Virus record (IMG/VR): IMGVR_UViG_3300050014_000823
Coordinates: 78,773-142,772 of that record
Strand: one strand, 5' to 3'
From: a virus
DNA: 64,000 bases
Shown here: positions 36,133 through 45,745 of the stretch, piece by piece
How positions within the stretch are numbered: position 1 is the first letter of the stretch
How the letters are laid out: each line of letters begins with the position of its first letter
Made by a program: the position numbers and the translations under genes
Notes under the pieces: model-generated
What the model was told of the DNA's origin: nothing
Seen by the model: the letters and a program-made list of their open reading frames with translations, nothing else
Database searches by the model: none

Positions 36133-36715
36133 GTTATTATCCATACAACAAGTATCTATGACTCTTGGTGTCACCAAGAAAACATTACGGATATGGGATA
36201 ACGAAGGTAAACTCATATCAGTTAAAACCGTTGGTGGACACCGTAAATACCGTGAAGAAGACATTAATAACTACATGGGTGAACATAGTGTTGAACCAGT
36301 GATAACAGGTGTTGCCACATATAGTCGTGTCAGTTCACATGAACAGAAAACTAAAGGAGATTTGGACAGACAGTCTCAGAGGATTTCTGAGTACTGTGCA
36401 AAGAAGAAATACAGCGTGGAACACATTATTAAGGATGTTGGGTCTGGACTTTCGGACACCCGTGTTGGTTTTGTTAAACTCGTGGATTTGGTTATTAAGA
36501 AAAAAATCAGTAAAATTGTAATCGAAAACAAAGACAGGTTAACCAGATTCCAATTCAATCTGATAAAGACATTCTTTAACAGTTATGATGTTGAACTGGA
36601 ATGTGTGGATAACAACAATATATCCAATGAGGAAGAGTTTGTGAACGACATAATGATGCTCATGGCTTCCTTCTCAGGAAAACTCTACGGGAAAATAATA
36701 GTAACTAAAATATAG
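36113..36715 (+). CDS. tnpA: IS607-family TnpA (MerR-HTH + serine recombinase)
   Basis: N-terminal HTH LSIQQVSMTLGVTKKTLRIWD; catalytic ATYSRVSSHEQ. Confidence 0.75.
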   Translation: MNSQMNKLLSIQQVSMTLGVTKKTLRIWDNEGKLISVKTVGGHRKYREEDINNYMGEHSVEPVITGVATYSRVSSHEQKTKGDLDRQSQRISEYCAKKKYSVEHIIKDVGSGLSDTRVGFVKLVDLVIKKKISKIVIENKDRLTRFQFNLIKTFFNSYDVELECVDNNNISNEEEFVNDIMMLMASFSGKLYGKIIVTKI

Positions 36716-36761
36716 AACAATATTATACAAATATAAACTTTGGTATAGTTTTTGTAGTGTT

Positions 36762-37367
36762 ATGTATATGATTGGAATAAAAGAAGCAGCAGAATTACTT
36801 GGAATTACTCCCAAAACATTAAGATTATGGGAGAAAAACGGTAAAATAACGAGTCATAGGACTGAAGGTCAACATAGAAGATATGTAGTTTCAGAACTTA
36901 TCGGTAGTCGTGGAGACAAACTATTAACAATTGCTTATGCCAGAGTATCAAGTTATGACCAGAAAGATGATTTAAAACGACAAGAATTGGTATTGGAAAG
37001 TTATTGTGCGAGTAAAGGATTTGAATTTGAATTAATTTCTGATTTAGGTTCTGGAATGAACTACAAGAAAAAAGGACTTATCAGATTAATAAAACTGATT
37101 TGCAGTAATCAAATTGATAGATTGGTAATCACACATAAAGACAGATTATTGAGATTTGGAAGTGAGTTAATTTTTATGCTTTGCGAAATCTTTGCTGTTG
37201 AAGTTTGTATAATTAATAGGAGTGAAGATAGCACCTTTGAAGAAGATTTAGCCAACGATGTTTTGGAAATTATAACTGTCTTCAGTGCAAGATTATATGG
37301 AAGTCGAAGCCATAAAAATAAACAGATAATACAACAATTAAAACAGGTAGCCAAAGATTTGAAATGA
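36762..37367 (+). CDS. tnpA: IS607-family TnpA (second, divergent copy)
   Basis: IKEAAELLGITPKTLRLWE; AYARVSSYDQ; overlaps the downstream tnpB by 4 nt. Confidence 0.8.
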   Translation: MYMIGIKEAAELLGITPKTLRLWEKNGKITSHRTEGQHRRYVVSELIGSRGDKLLTIAYARVSSYDQKDDLKRQELVLESYCASKGFEFELISDLGSGMNYKKKGLIRLIKLICSNQIDRLVITHKDRLLRFGSELIFMLCEIFAVEVCIINRSEDSTFEEDLANDVLEIITVFSARLYGSRSHKNKQIIQQLKQVAKDLK

Positions 37368-38539
37368 AGTCAATTAAGGTAAGATTAGAACTAAACAATA
37401 AGCAGACTACACTTGCCAATAAACACGCAGGAGTGGCAAGATATGCTTATAATTGGGGAAAATCTGTCTGTGATTTGGCAATACAAAATAAGGAGCACAG
37501 ACCAACAGCAATTGATTTACATAAGAAATTTGTTAAAGAAGAAAAAACTATTAAGTCTTGGTTGTATGAAGTATCCAAGTGCAGCCCACAACAAGGTTTA
37601 AGAAATTTGGATGAAGCATACAAAAGAACATTCAAAGTTAAAAGTAGTCATTTTCCTAAGTTCAAAAAGAAAGGACAACACGATAGTTTTTATCTGGAAG
37701 GTGCTATCAAAACTAATAGTAATAAAATTAAAGTACCTAAGTTTGGTTGGTTAAGATGTTCAGAAACATTACCAGAATGTGAAGTCAAAAATGTTGTTAT
37801 AAGTAAAACTGCTAATCAATGGTTTATTGCTTTTAAAATACCATTTGAACCACAGATTACTAATAAGGTGAATGGTGTTGTCGGTGTTGATTTAGGTATT
37901 AAAACACTTGCAGTATTGTCAGATGGTAAAGTATTTGAAGCAGTTAAACCATATAAACGAAACAAACGGAAATTAAAAATACTACAAAGAAGATTAAGTA
38001 AGAAACAGAAAGGTAGCCAAAATAGAAAAAAAGCCTGTGTGAAGATAGCAAAACTACATTACAGGATAGCAAACATTAGAAAAGATACCACACATAAATT
38101 AACAACATATTTAAGTAAAAACCACACTGAATGTGTTATTGAAGACCTTTGTGTTCGTGGAATGAGTAAAAATCACAAATTAGCATCAGCCATATTGGAT
38201 GGTGGATTTTCAGAGTTCAGAAGACAATTAGAATATAAGTGTCAATGGTATGGTTCAACACTAACAATAGTTGATAGATTTTATCCAAGTTCAAAGACTT
38301 GTAGTGGATGTGGTAATGTTAAAAAAGAACTAAAATTATCTGAAAGAGAATATGTTTGTGAGAATTGCGGATTGGTGATAGATAGAGACCTAAATGCTGC
38401 AATTAATTTAAGAAATAAGTCGGTGAGTTACACCGAATCAGCCTGTGGAGTGCCTAAACAACTTGATACTTTTGTATCTGGTGGCGCAATGAATCAGGAA
38501 GTAAATTGCAATGTTCAACATTGTGTAAGTTTTACGTAA
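37364..38539 (+). CDS. tnpB: TnpB (IS605/IS607 OrfB; RuvC-like RNA-guided nuclease family)
   Basis: RuvC-I GVDLGIKTLAV, RuvC-II VIEDL, zinc finger CSGCG...CENCG, RuvC-III RDLNAAINL. Confidence 0.85.
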   Translation: MKSIKVRLELNNKQTTLANKHAGVARYAYNWGKSVCDLAIQNKEHRPTAIDLHKKFVKEEKTIKSWLYEVSKCSPQQGLRNLDEAYKRTFKVKSSHFPKFKKKGQHDSFYLEGAIKTNSNKIKVPKFGWLRCSETLPECEVKNVVISKTANQWFIAFKIPFEPQITNKVNGVVGVDLGIKTLAVLSDGKVFEAVKPYKRNKRKLKILQRRLSKKQKGSQNRKKACVKIAKLHYRIANIRKDTTHKLTTYLSKNHTECVIEDLCVRGMSKNHKLASAILDGGFSEFRRQLEYKCQWYGSTLTIVDRFYPSSKTCSGCGNVKKELKLSEREYVCENCGLVIDRDLNAAINLRNKSVSYTESACGVPKQLDTFVSGGAMNQEVNCNVQHCVSFT

Positions 38540-38615
38540 CGGTTAAAGGAGTTGATTTAACCGAACCTCAAATTTTTGAATTATTCGAAAAAGAATTATT
38601 ATAAATTAGTTAATT

Positions 38616-38978
38616 ATGGAAAGACAAATTAAATTTAGAGCATGGGACGAAGGTAATAAAATCATGCACAACAACTTTCAATTCATTCGTTCAGGAGAAG
38701 AAGGTAATGATTGGATAGTATTCACATCCGATAAACAAACTCTTAAAGATAAACAGCATCCATTAGAAAATCCTTATTTTCAACAACAATTGAAAATAAT
38801 GGAATGGTCTGGAATCGAAAACATCTTCGAAGGAGATATTGTCACATTAGGCGAAATTGATGGAGAGGGTGTAGTTAAATACAATGAAGACAGATTTTAT
38901 GTTGATTATGGAACTACGCATACAAGAGTGAGTAAAAATCATAAAGTATTAGGAAATATTTACGAAAAAACTGAATAA
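38616..38978 (+). CDS. hypothetical protein
   Basis: 120 aa. Confidence 0.4.
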   Translation: MERQIKFRAWDEGNKIMHNNFQFIRSGEEGNDWIVFTSDKQTLKDKQHPLENPYFQQQLKIMEWSGIENIFEGDIVTLGEIDGEGVVKYNEDRFYVDYGTTHTRVSKNHKVLGNIYEKTE

Positions 38979-38979
38979 A

Positions 38980-39201
38980 ATGAGTGGAGAAGTAGAATTC
39001 GGAAGATGTGATATTTGTAAAGAGGATAAACCTCTTGAAAGGACATACTATCATTATGACATTAAATGTGAATGTCATTCACCCCGTCATTTTGAATTGG
39101 TCAGGCATTGTAAAGATTGTGTTCCAGTAGAACCTCTTGAAACAACCTTAACTATTAAAATAGAGACATTAAGAATATTATTACACTTGCCGAAACATTA
39201 A
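38980..39201 (+). CDS. small Cys-rich protein
   Basis: CDICK...CECH...CKDC. Confidence 0.35.
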   Translation: MSGEVEFGRCDICKEDKPLERTYYHYDIKCECHSPRHFELVRHCKDCVPVEPLETTLTIKIETLRILLHLPKH

Positions 39202-39205
39202 TAAT

Positions 39206-39412
39206 ATGAAATCACAATATAAAATAATTAAAAAATTTAAACCCACAAAAATAAACGGGATTGATTTTTATTCTGATGTACAGGTGTGGAAAATGATTGA
39301 TATGGCATACGAACAAATTCGAAACAAAGAAGAAATATCAGAACCAATGGAATCAGGCGCAGAGTTTTATTGCCCTGATTGTGGTAAAAGTGTTTACAGT
39401 TGTGGATGTTAA
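39206..39412 (+). CDS. small protein with C-terminal CxxC...CGC
   Basis: 68 aa. Confidence 0.35.
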   Translation: MKSQYKIIKKFKPTKINGIDFYSDVQVWKMIDMAYEQIRNKEEISEPMESGAEFYCPDCGKSVYSCGC

Positions 39413-39421
39413 TTTATAAAT

Positions 39422-40555
39422 ATGAAACTAATCCGTTCAACCAAATGTAGTCTGAAATTCGCAACAGCGAAGAAGCAGAATGAACTATCGGTCATCTTGA
39501 GTGAATACTCGAAGGTTGTTAATATCTTCATTGACTATTTCTGGTTGAATGCTGATAAAGCAACTAAAGGTGAACTTCTTAAACCAGTTGTTGATATTCC
39601 CGAAACATGGTTATCAGCACGACTGAGAAAAGTAGCAGCCAGAGAAGCAATCGACATGATTAATGCCAGTAAGCAAAGGTGGAAAGAAAAAGCAGTGAAG
39701 CCAGTTCATAAAGGTAACAGAATGTATGTTAGTTGCACCATTGCTGATTTGGTATCCACAAAGAACAACGGATATAAAACCGAAGACAGTTTGAGGTTTG
39801 ATGCTTGGTTACACATAGCAAGTGTTGGTAACAAAATGATAATGGACTTACCGATTAAATATCACAAACATTTCAACAAATATAATAACATCGGTAAGAG
39901 ATTGAATTCATATATCATCACCAAGAATTATGTCCAGTTCAGTTTTGAGATAATCACCGAGACAAAAAAGGAAGGTAAACATTGCATCGGTATCGACACT
40001 GGAATAAACGCACTGGCAAGTCTTAACAACGGCAATCAGTATGGTCTGGACATCAAAGGTTGTATCGAGAGAGTTAAAAGATGTAAGCAGAAGTCCAAAG
40101 GTTATTATGTTGCTAAAAGAGCGTTGAAACAAAGAATTGATGAAACAGCGAAAGAGATATTAGTAAAAGAAAATCCAGATTTAATTGTTGTTGAACAACT
40201 AAAAAAGATGGGATATAAAAGTAAAGCCAAACGCTTGTTGGCTAAAAATATCAGGCGTTCTATCGGAACTTGGAATTGGAAGTATTGGCTCAAAAGGTTA
40301 GAAGCACAATGCGAGATTAACCGTGTTAGTTTTCGCAGTGTAGCACCTTATTACACCAGTACAACCTGTCCAGTATGTGGTCATTCTGATAGGGGAAATC
40401 GACTCGGTGAAGTGTTCTTGTGTCTATCATGTGGTCACAAAGACAATGCAGATATAAATGCGGGTAAGAACATTTTGAATCGGTTTCTCACGGGACAATA
40501 CGGTGCTCGTTACAAGGAAATAAAGGATGTGCAAGTTTGTGCAGATTTATTTTAA
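39422..40555 (+). CDS. tnpB: TnpB-like protein, second copy with no adjacent tnpA
   Basis: GIDTGINALASL, VVEQL, CPVCGH...CLSCGH, NADINAGKNI. Confidence 0.8.
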   Translation: MKLIRSTKCSLKFATAKKQNELSVILSEYSKVVNIFIDYFWLNADKATKGELLKPVVDIPETWLSARLRKVAAREAIDMINASKQRWKEKAVKPVHKGNRMYVSCTIADLVSTKNNGYKTEDSLRFDAWLHIASVGNKMIMDLPIKYHKHFNKYNNIGKRLNSYIITKNYVQFSFEIITETKKEGKHCIGIDTGINALASLNNGNQYGLDIKGCIERVKRCKQKSKGYYVAKRALKQRIDETAKEILVKENPDLIVVEQLKKMGYKSKAKRLLAKNIRRSIGTWNWKYWLKRLEAQCEINRVSFRSVAPYYTSTTCPVCGHSDRGNRLGEVFLCLSCGHKDNADINAGKNILNRFLTGQYGARYKEIKDVQVCADLF

Positions 40556-40669
40556 CGGTAATGCAGAAGCATTGCTACAAATGCAGAAAATGGGATTAAA
40601 AATCGATTTTAATTAAAAAATTATAAAATTTTATAATTGTTTACAGTATTTATTGTAAACAATCGTAAA

Positions 40670-40891
40670 ATGGCAAAATATATTAAAGAAACAGCAAGAA
40701 TTGACGTTAAGTTCATTGACGCAGCGACAGAAGAAACTATCCTTGAAGTACCAGACAGAAACTGGATGAATGTGGGTGAGATATTGAGTGCTCGTCACGG
40801 AGATATGATACTTCAAGCAAAACTTAAAGGTAAACGATTACCAAAAAAAGTATTGATTTTGGTACTATCTGAATTGGTTCTGGAAGAATAA
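40670..40891 (+). CDS. hypothetical protein
   Basis: start after 9-bp inverted repeat TTGTTTACA...TGTAAACAA (40638-40664). Confidence 0.4.
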   Translation: MAKYIKETARIDVKFIDAATEETILEVPDRNWMNVGEILSARHGDMILQAKLKGKRLPKKVLILVLSELVLEE

Positions 40892-40910
40892 CGTGTTTTT
40901 TAAGTGTTTT

Positions 40911-40945
40911 AAATGCGCATAGAAGTGATTTTATGCGCATTTTTT
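40911..40945 (+). terminator. rho-independent terminator (two ATGCGCAT palindromes + T5)
   Basis: AAATGCGCATagaagtgattttATGCGCATTTTTT. Confidence 0.6.
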
Positions 40946-40975
40946 GTAACATTTTTCATCGGTTTACGTATAATC
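40944..40975 (+). promoter_or_regulatory. conserved phage promoter motif copy
   Basis: TTGTAACATTTTTCATCGGTTTACGTATAATC. Confidence 0.6.
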
Positions 40976-40999
40976 AGTCATAACTTTAAAATTAATACG

Positions 41000-41983
41000 A
41001 TGAAAAAGATTTTAACAATTATGATTTTTTCGATGCTTTCAGTACTTGCATCAGCACAAATAAAATTGTGGTTCAATAAGATAAGCGAGACTGAAATCAA
41101 TCCCGACTACAATGGTGGTATTAACACTATGGAAGGTTATGTAAGACCATTCATTGATACTTGTGGTATTACCGAATACAATAAAGTTATCGGATTACTT
41201 GGTTCTGGCGAAATCGATAAATATATGCAATATCTTAATGATTTGGGTGAAAGACGATTTGTCAGAGAAGCCAATGAAATTAAAAGTATGTTATGGAACA
41301 TAAATAAAAGCAAACTGTACTTTATCAGCAACGATAAACTGTATGTTGTTACATATGACGTTACCGACCACAAGAGTTTATACTTGTTTCGCAGGGATGA
41401 CGATGGTTGGAAGCCAGCTTCGGATTTAATCGCTGTAGATGATTATCAGTTTAAAGAATATATGAAAAGGTTCGAATCTCGTACAACTCGTTGGAATGCT
41501 ACAGATACTCTATATACTCTTGAAAACCAATTCTATGGTGAAGTCCGTAAGATTTCCAATGGTTCGGTATTCGTTACGTTCAGTACTGAGATATGGTATC
41601 CGAAAGAAAGCAATACATATAACAGCATCGCAATATTTGTTCCCGATACAATCACCAAGGAAACTTATCACGTGTCGTTATTTGAACCTGAAAATAAGGC
41701 AGGTAAGGCAGTGAAAAACGTTACTTCATACTATTGTACTTGGTCGAAAGACTTCAAACCAATATGGCACAAAACAATTGGTACTGTTAAATATCCGATA
41801 TTGTATGGAACACGTAATACTGATTATATGGAGTTTACCGATGGTAATACATTTAAGATTACATATTGGGATGGTAGTAGGGAAAATCCACGTATGACAG
41901 GAACAATAAATTTCAAAATTGTGGATTACAGTGCTTTTATTGATGCGGTAGGTACTACAATTGTTTTAAACAAACTGAAATGA
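41000..41983 (+). CDS. secreted protein (signal peptide)
   Basis: MKKILTIMIFSMLSVLASAQ; start at internal Met downstream of promoter. Confidence 0.5.
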   Translation: MKKILTIMIFSMLSVLASAQIKLWFNKISETEINPDYNGGINTMEGYVRPFIDTCGITEYNKVIGLLGSGEIDKYMQYLNDLGERRFVREANEIKSMLWNINKSKLYFISNDKLYVVTYDVTDHKSLYLFRRDDDGWKPASDLIAVDDYQFKEYMKRFESRTTRWNATDTLYTLENQFYGEVRKISNGSVFVTFSTEIWYPKESNTYNSIAIFVPDTITKETYHVSLFEPENKAGKAVKNVTSYYCTWSKDFKPIWHKTIGTVKYPILYGTRNTDYMEFTDGNTFKITYWDGSRENPRMTGTINFKIVDYSAFIDAVGTTIVLNKLK

Positions 41984-42420
41984 TGAAAGCCGTACCGTTC
42001 ATATACACTATGGGTACTGAGAAGTTTCATCAGTTTCTCTCTGTAGAGTTTAAAGTAGATATGTTGTACCCTGTGTTTGGTGAGAAGTCTTGTGATAGAC
42101 TCTTCGATGGTTGGCGTGGAAAGGATATGGGTAGCTACTATAAATTCACAAACGAACAGGAGATTGTTCTGGAGTTTTACCCCAATCACTATGACATTTG
42201 TAAGAAAGACGGTAGAACTGTTATTAAACATAAACTGACGTTTTTACCAAAAAACATCAACGATTTTATAAATGACATGCATCGATATGGGGTAGAACTT
42301 CAATGGAGCCAGTGGGTGGATGAACACTTTGAACCCAAGGATTTCCTGCATAAAGACGACATAAAACCGTACTATGTTGACCTCTTGCATAAACTTGATA
42401 AAGACTTTGAATTACAATAA
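41980..42420 (+). CDS. hypothetical protein
   Basis: 146 aa. Confidence 0.45.
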   Translation: MMKAVPFIYTMGTEKFHQFLSVEFKVDMLYPVFGEKSCDRLFDGWRGKDMGSYYKFTNEQEIVLEFYPNHYDICKKDGRTVIKHKLTFLPKNINDFINDMHRYGVELQWSQWVDEHFEPKDFLHKDDIKPYYVDLLHKLDKDFELQ

Positions 42421-42462
42421 CACTTGATTTTTAAATAAATTATACTTAGATTTGCATCTACT

Positions 42463-43236
42463 ATGGACAGAAAAAGTTGGGAAATATGGGATGTCTTGAA
42501 TAACATTACATTTAAGACACAGGGATACAGGAAGAACTTTGACCTCATTACTGAGAACGAAAACATCATCAGTGAATACGTTGGGAATATTCTCATGGCA
42601 AGATTAAGTGAAAATAAACCCGCATTGATTATTGGCGAATACACATTTTCAGTTTGGGACATATCCATGTCGAAGATACTGAAAATTGACTTGAATAAGC
42701 TACTTGATGCACACCACATGGTCAATGCATACGTAGAGTTGATTAAGATGATAAGAGCAAAGGAAATCAACATTAACGAGTATGATAAGATTGTTCTTAT
42801 ACACAGTTTAGTTGTTCATCCGGAGTTCAGGAAAATGGGAATAACCGAAGAGTTCATTGAAATGATTTACCGGGATTATCACTTCGATAAAACGGCAATC
42901 ATCGCAATAGTTCAACCATTCCAAAACAACGTTAACGATTTAGACTATTACATGATGCAGAAGACAGTATTGGTCCGCAACGATTATGGTGCACCAAATA
43001 GGTCTAACGTATTGCAAGCTGCAGAGTATTATTCTCTACAGAAGTTCATCGACAAAACCGATACTGAAATGAACGAATACAAGCTATTTGCAGTGGCAAA
43101 TAGATGTGGATTCAACAGGATTAATAGTTCACATTTGTTTTTACTCACCCCGGACACAATACTTGAGAGAATTAAGAAGAAAAAGGAAATAAATAAACAT
43201 ATAGACGAATCATGGGAAAAGGAAGAAATAAAATAA
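42463..43236 (+). CDS. putative GNAT-family acetyltransferase
   Basis: LVVHPEFRKMGITEEFIE resembles GNAT motif A; low. Confidence 0.35.
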   Translation: MDRKSWEIWDVLNNITFKTQGYRKNFDLITENENIISEYVGNILMARLSENKPALIIGEYTFSVWDISMSKILKIDLNKLLDAHHMVNAYVELIKMIRAKEININEYDKIVLIHSLVVHPEFRKMGITEEFIEMIYRDYHFDKTAIIAIVQPFQNNVNDLDYYMMQKTVLVRNDYGAPNRSNVLQAAEYYSLQKFIDKTDTEMNEYKLFAVANRCGFNRINSSHLFLLTPDTILERIKKKKEINKHIDESWEKEEIK

Positions 43237-43460
43237 AAGATTTGGATAGATTTCACTATCACGAAGCACTCGATAGAGCATATATCATTGGTAATATGAT
43301 AAATGAGCATCTAACAGAGCATCCTGTCATCATGAAACACAAGAAATTACGAAAATTAATTAAGGTGGCTGAACAAAATGTAATGGATGTTTATCAGATG
43401 ATTGGTGGTTTGGATATGAAATTATTTCCAAACGACTCGGAACAACGTGGTAAGCAATAA
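43212..43460 (+). CDS. hypothetical protein
   Basis: 82 aa. Confidence 0.35.
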   Translation: MGKGRNKIKDLDRFHYHEALDRAYIIGNMINEHLTEHPVIMKHKKLRKLIKVAEQNVMDVYQMIGGLDMKLFPNDSEQRGKQ

Positions 43461-43503
43461 GTTGTAGTTTACTTGGTGGCGAAGTATTTATATGAGATAA
43501 ATA

Positions 43504-43689
43504 ATGGACAGTAATTTAAAAATATCAACGGTTTCTCGACAAAAAATCCCTTCAAGAAAGGTAGATATTGTTCAAAATTTGGCTTTGCAAGACTTCGCAA
43601 CACCCAGGAAAACTCACATTTCTGGGCATTTTCATTTAATAACCCCAATAAATATTGAAAATCAGGCTCCTAAGTCACTGATTTTCTGA
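43504..43689 (+). CDS. hypothetical small protein
   Basis: 61 aa. Confidence 0.25.
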   Translation: MDSNLKISTVSRQKIPSRKVDIVQNLALQDFATPRKTHISGHFHLITPINIENQAPKSLIF

Positions 43690-43716
43690 TTAATAACTTT
43701 ACTAAATTTTACGACT

Positions 43717-44397
43717 ATGAAGAAATTATTGTTATTTTTGTTTTTAATGTTTTCGTCCTTTGGATTTACAAGTCTTCCTGTTACCAATGCAGAAAATGGC
43801 GACAAGGACGAAATGAGCGAATATTTAACGAAACAAATTGAGGATTTAAAAACTCAAATGTATTTACAAAGTTTAATACAATACATTGAACTTGAATCAG
43901 AGGTAATAATTCCAAAATATCTTGACACTAAGTATGTGGAATTTATTTATAACACTGCAAATCAGAATGGTGTGCCAGTTAGGACTGCATTCAGATTAGT
44001 TTTTAAGGAATCGTCTTTTAGAGATACCGTTACTTCACCAATGGGTGCAGGTGGTCTTATGCAACTAATGCCGGACACTCGCAAATTATATAGAGAGATT
44101 CTTCGTACAGATACTCTTAAATTTGATAAAAATCAAGAGGATATTTATATAGGTATATATATGGTAAAAGACTTATATAATTATTGGGTTGGCAGAGGTA
44201 ATTCTGTTGGCTATTCTTGGAAGTTGTCATTAGCTTCATATAATGCAGGTAAGGGCACTGTAATCTACTATAAAGGAATTCCACCAATAGGTGAGACCAC
44301 TGATTTCATTGCATTTATACTCAAGGCACATTCGAATCCAAGTTTCTATGCAAGCTATTTGAAAAAATACGGTAACGACATAAAAAATCACGCATGA
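43717..44397 (+). CDS. secreted soluble lytic transglycosylase (SLT domain)
   Basis: signal peptide; ESSFRD...GAGGLMQLMP...SLASYNAG. Confidence 0.7.
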   Translation: MKKLLLFLFLMFSSFGFTSLPVTNAENGDKDEMSEYLTKQIEDLKTQMYLQSLIQYIELESEVIIPKYLDTKYVEFIYNTANQNGVPVRTAFRLVFKESSFRDTVTSPMGAGGLMQLMPDTRKLYREILRTDTLKFDKNQEDIYIGIYMVKDLYNYWVGRGNSVGYSWKLSLASYNAGKGTVIYYKGIPPIGETTDFIAFILKAHSNPSFYASYLKKYGNDIKNHA

Positions 44398-44708
44398 TAA
44401 CACACATTAAAGAAGTTCACACAGAGCAGTACTCTAATGGCAGTAGAACATTGGGAGTACTACTCAATTACGAAGTCACTAATAGTAATGAACATAATGA
44501 CTTTAAAGAAAGTTTTGTATATATGTTCAGAGAAACAGAAGACGGTGGTATGTATGTCTTTTTTAACACAATGTTCGATATGTGGAGTTTTATGCTTTAC
44601 AGTGAAGACAAGATGAAAAGAGCATACATGTCAGAAGCCGACTATGATAAACTTTTCGATGCTCCGCACATAGACGGTAAGTTTACGAATAAATTAGTTT
44701 GGGTTTAA
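44394..44708 (+). CDS. hypothetical protein
   Basis: 104 aa. Confidence 0.4.
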   Translation: MITHIKEVHTEQYSNGSRTLGVLLNYEVTNSNEHNDFKESFVYMFRETEDGGMYVFFNTMFDMWSFMLYSEDKMKRAYMSEADYDKLFDAPHIDGKFTNKLVWV

Positions 44709-44711
44709 CAT

Positions 44712-44750
44712 AAAAACCCCGTCAAATTAGTGTTTTGACGGGGTTTTTAG
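44712..44750. terminator. bidirectional rho-independent terminator
   Basis: AAAACCCCGTCAAAttagtgTTTTGACGGGGTTTTT between convergent genes. Confidence 0.75.
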
Positions 44751-44784
44751 CTTATATCTGTGCAATTGCATATGTGTAGACCTT

Positions 44785-45720
44785 TTACCAATTGGTTGGC
44801 TCAAAAACTATCCTACGGTCTTCATCAAAAGCGGTTTCATATCCTTCGGTCCACCAAGCAGTCATTTCTTCCTTATTAAACACCATACAATTTGCACTTA
44901 GTTTTCTTGGTAGCCAATAAACAGTTACTTTAGTGCCTTCGTCATTTAGTCTTTGTATCTTCTGTAGAAAGTATTCAAATTCAATGTCATATCGCATTGC
45001 ATTAACGCTTGTAGTAAAATTTTCCAATATGTTGCGTATTTCATAACCCTCATATTTTTCTACAGTATTTGTACGGTGTAATATAACATCAATTTCCTTG
45101 TATCCTTTACCCATAATTTGGTCCAAACCAACTAAGTCGGTTAAACCACCATCAGACCATAAACCAACATGAAATTTCCCCGAACAGTCTTTCCAAGATT
45201 TTTGTACAAGTGTTGTGAAGAATGGAAAGTTAGCTGAACACCACATCCAGTCTTTAAAATCCTCATAATTTTCTGTTTGTGAACTGAAGTAATGAATCTT
45301 CGATGGTTGTTGTGCGTAGTTCTGTGTTCCTACAAGAATTTCTTTGTTTTGTTGTTTTAGTAAATCAAAAAATTCCTGGGGAAAAAATTTGTCTATTGTT
45401 TTTCTCATGGAATTAGATGTACATATGGTTTTCTCACCCATTATGAACGAAATTAGTATTGGTAACTTCCTTAATTTACCCTCTCGTGATAATGGCGCAG
45501 GCTTATACCAATAATTATCAAACACACTGTTATTAGTCACTGTTGTATAACCTTCTTTGAGTAAATCCCATTCTTTTAAAATTGTCAATGGTGCTAAGAG
45601 ACTGCCAGTTGAGACACCCACAATAGTATCGTAATCGCCATTAATTCTTGCAAGCGTACCACCACCGTAAGCACCCCATGAACCGCCACCCGAAATAACT
45701 GCAGCTTTTTTGTTATTCAT
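44785..45720 (-). CDS. patatin-like phospholipase
   Basis: GGGSWGAYGGG oxyanion motif, GVSTGS (GxSxG), downstream DGG. Confidence 0.6.
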   Translation of the reverse strand: MNNKKAAVISGGGSWGAYGGGTLARINGDYDTIVGVSTGSLLAPLTILKEWDLLKEGYTTVTNNSVFDNYWYKPAPLSREGKLRKLPILISFIMGEKTICTSNSMRKTIDKFFPQEFFDLLKQQNKEILVGTQNYAQQPSKIHYFSSQTENYEDFKDWMWCSANFPFFTTLVQKSWKDCSGKFHVGLWSDGGLTDLVGLDQIMGKGYKEIDVILHRTNTVEKYEGYEIRNILENFTTSVNAMRYDIEFEYFLQKIQRLNDEGTKVTVYWLPRKLSANCMVFNKEEMTAWWTEGYETAFDEDRRIVFEPTNW

Positions 45721-45745
45721 GAGTTTAGTTTTTTATAAATACAAA

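Larger units (their letters stand above)
36740..38570 (+). mobile_element. IS607-like insertion element (tnpA+tnpB); boundaries approximate
   Basis: coupled serine-recombinase tnpA and tnpB; no inverted repeats are expected for IS607. Confidence 0.55.
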
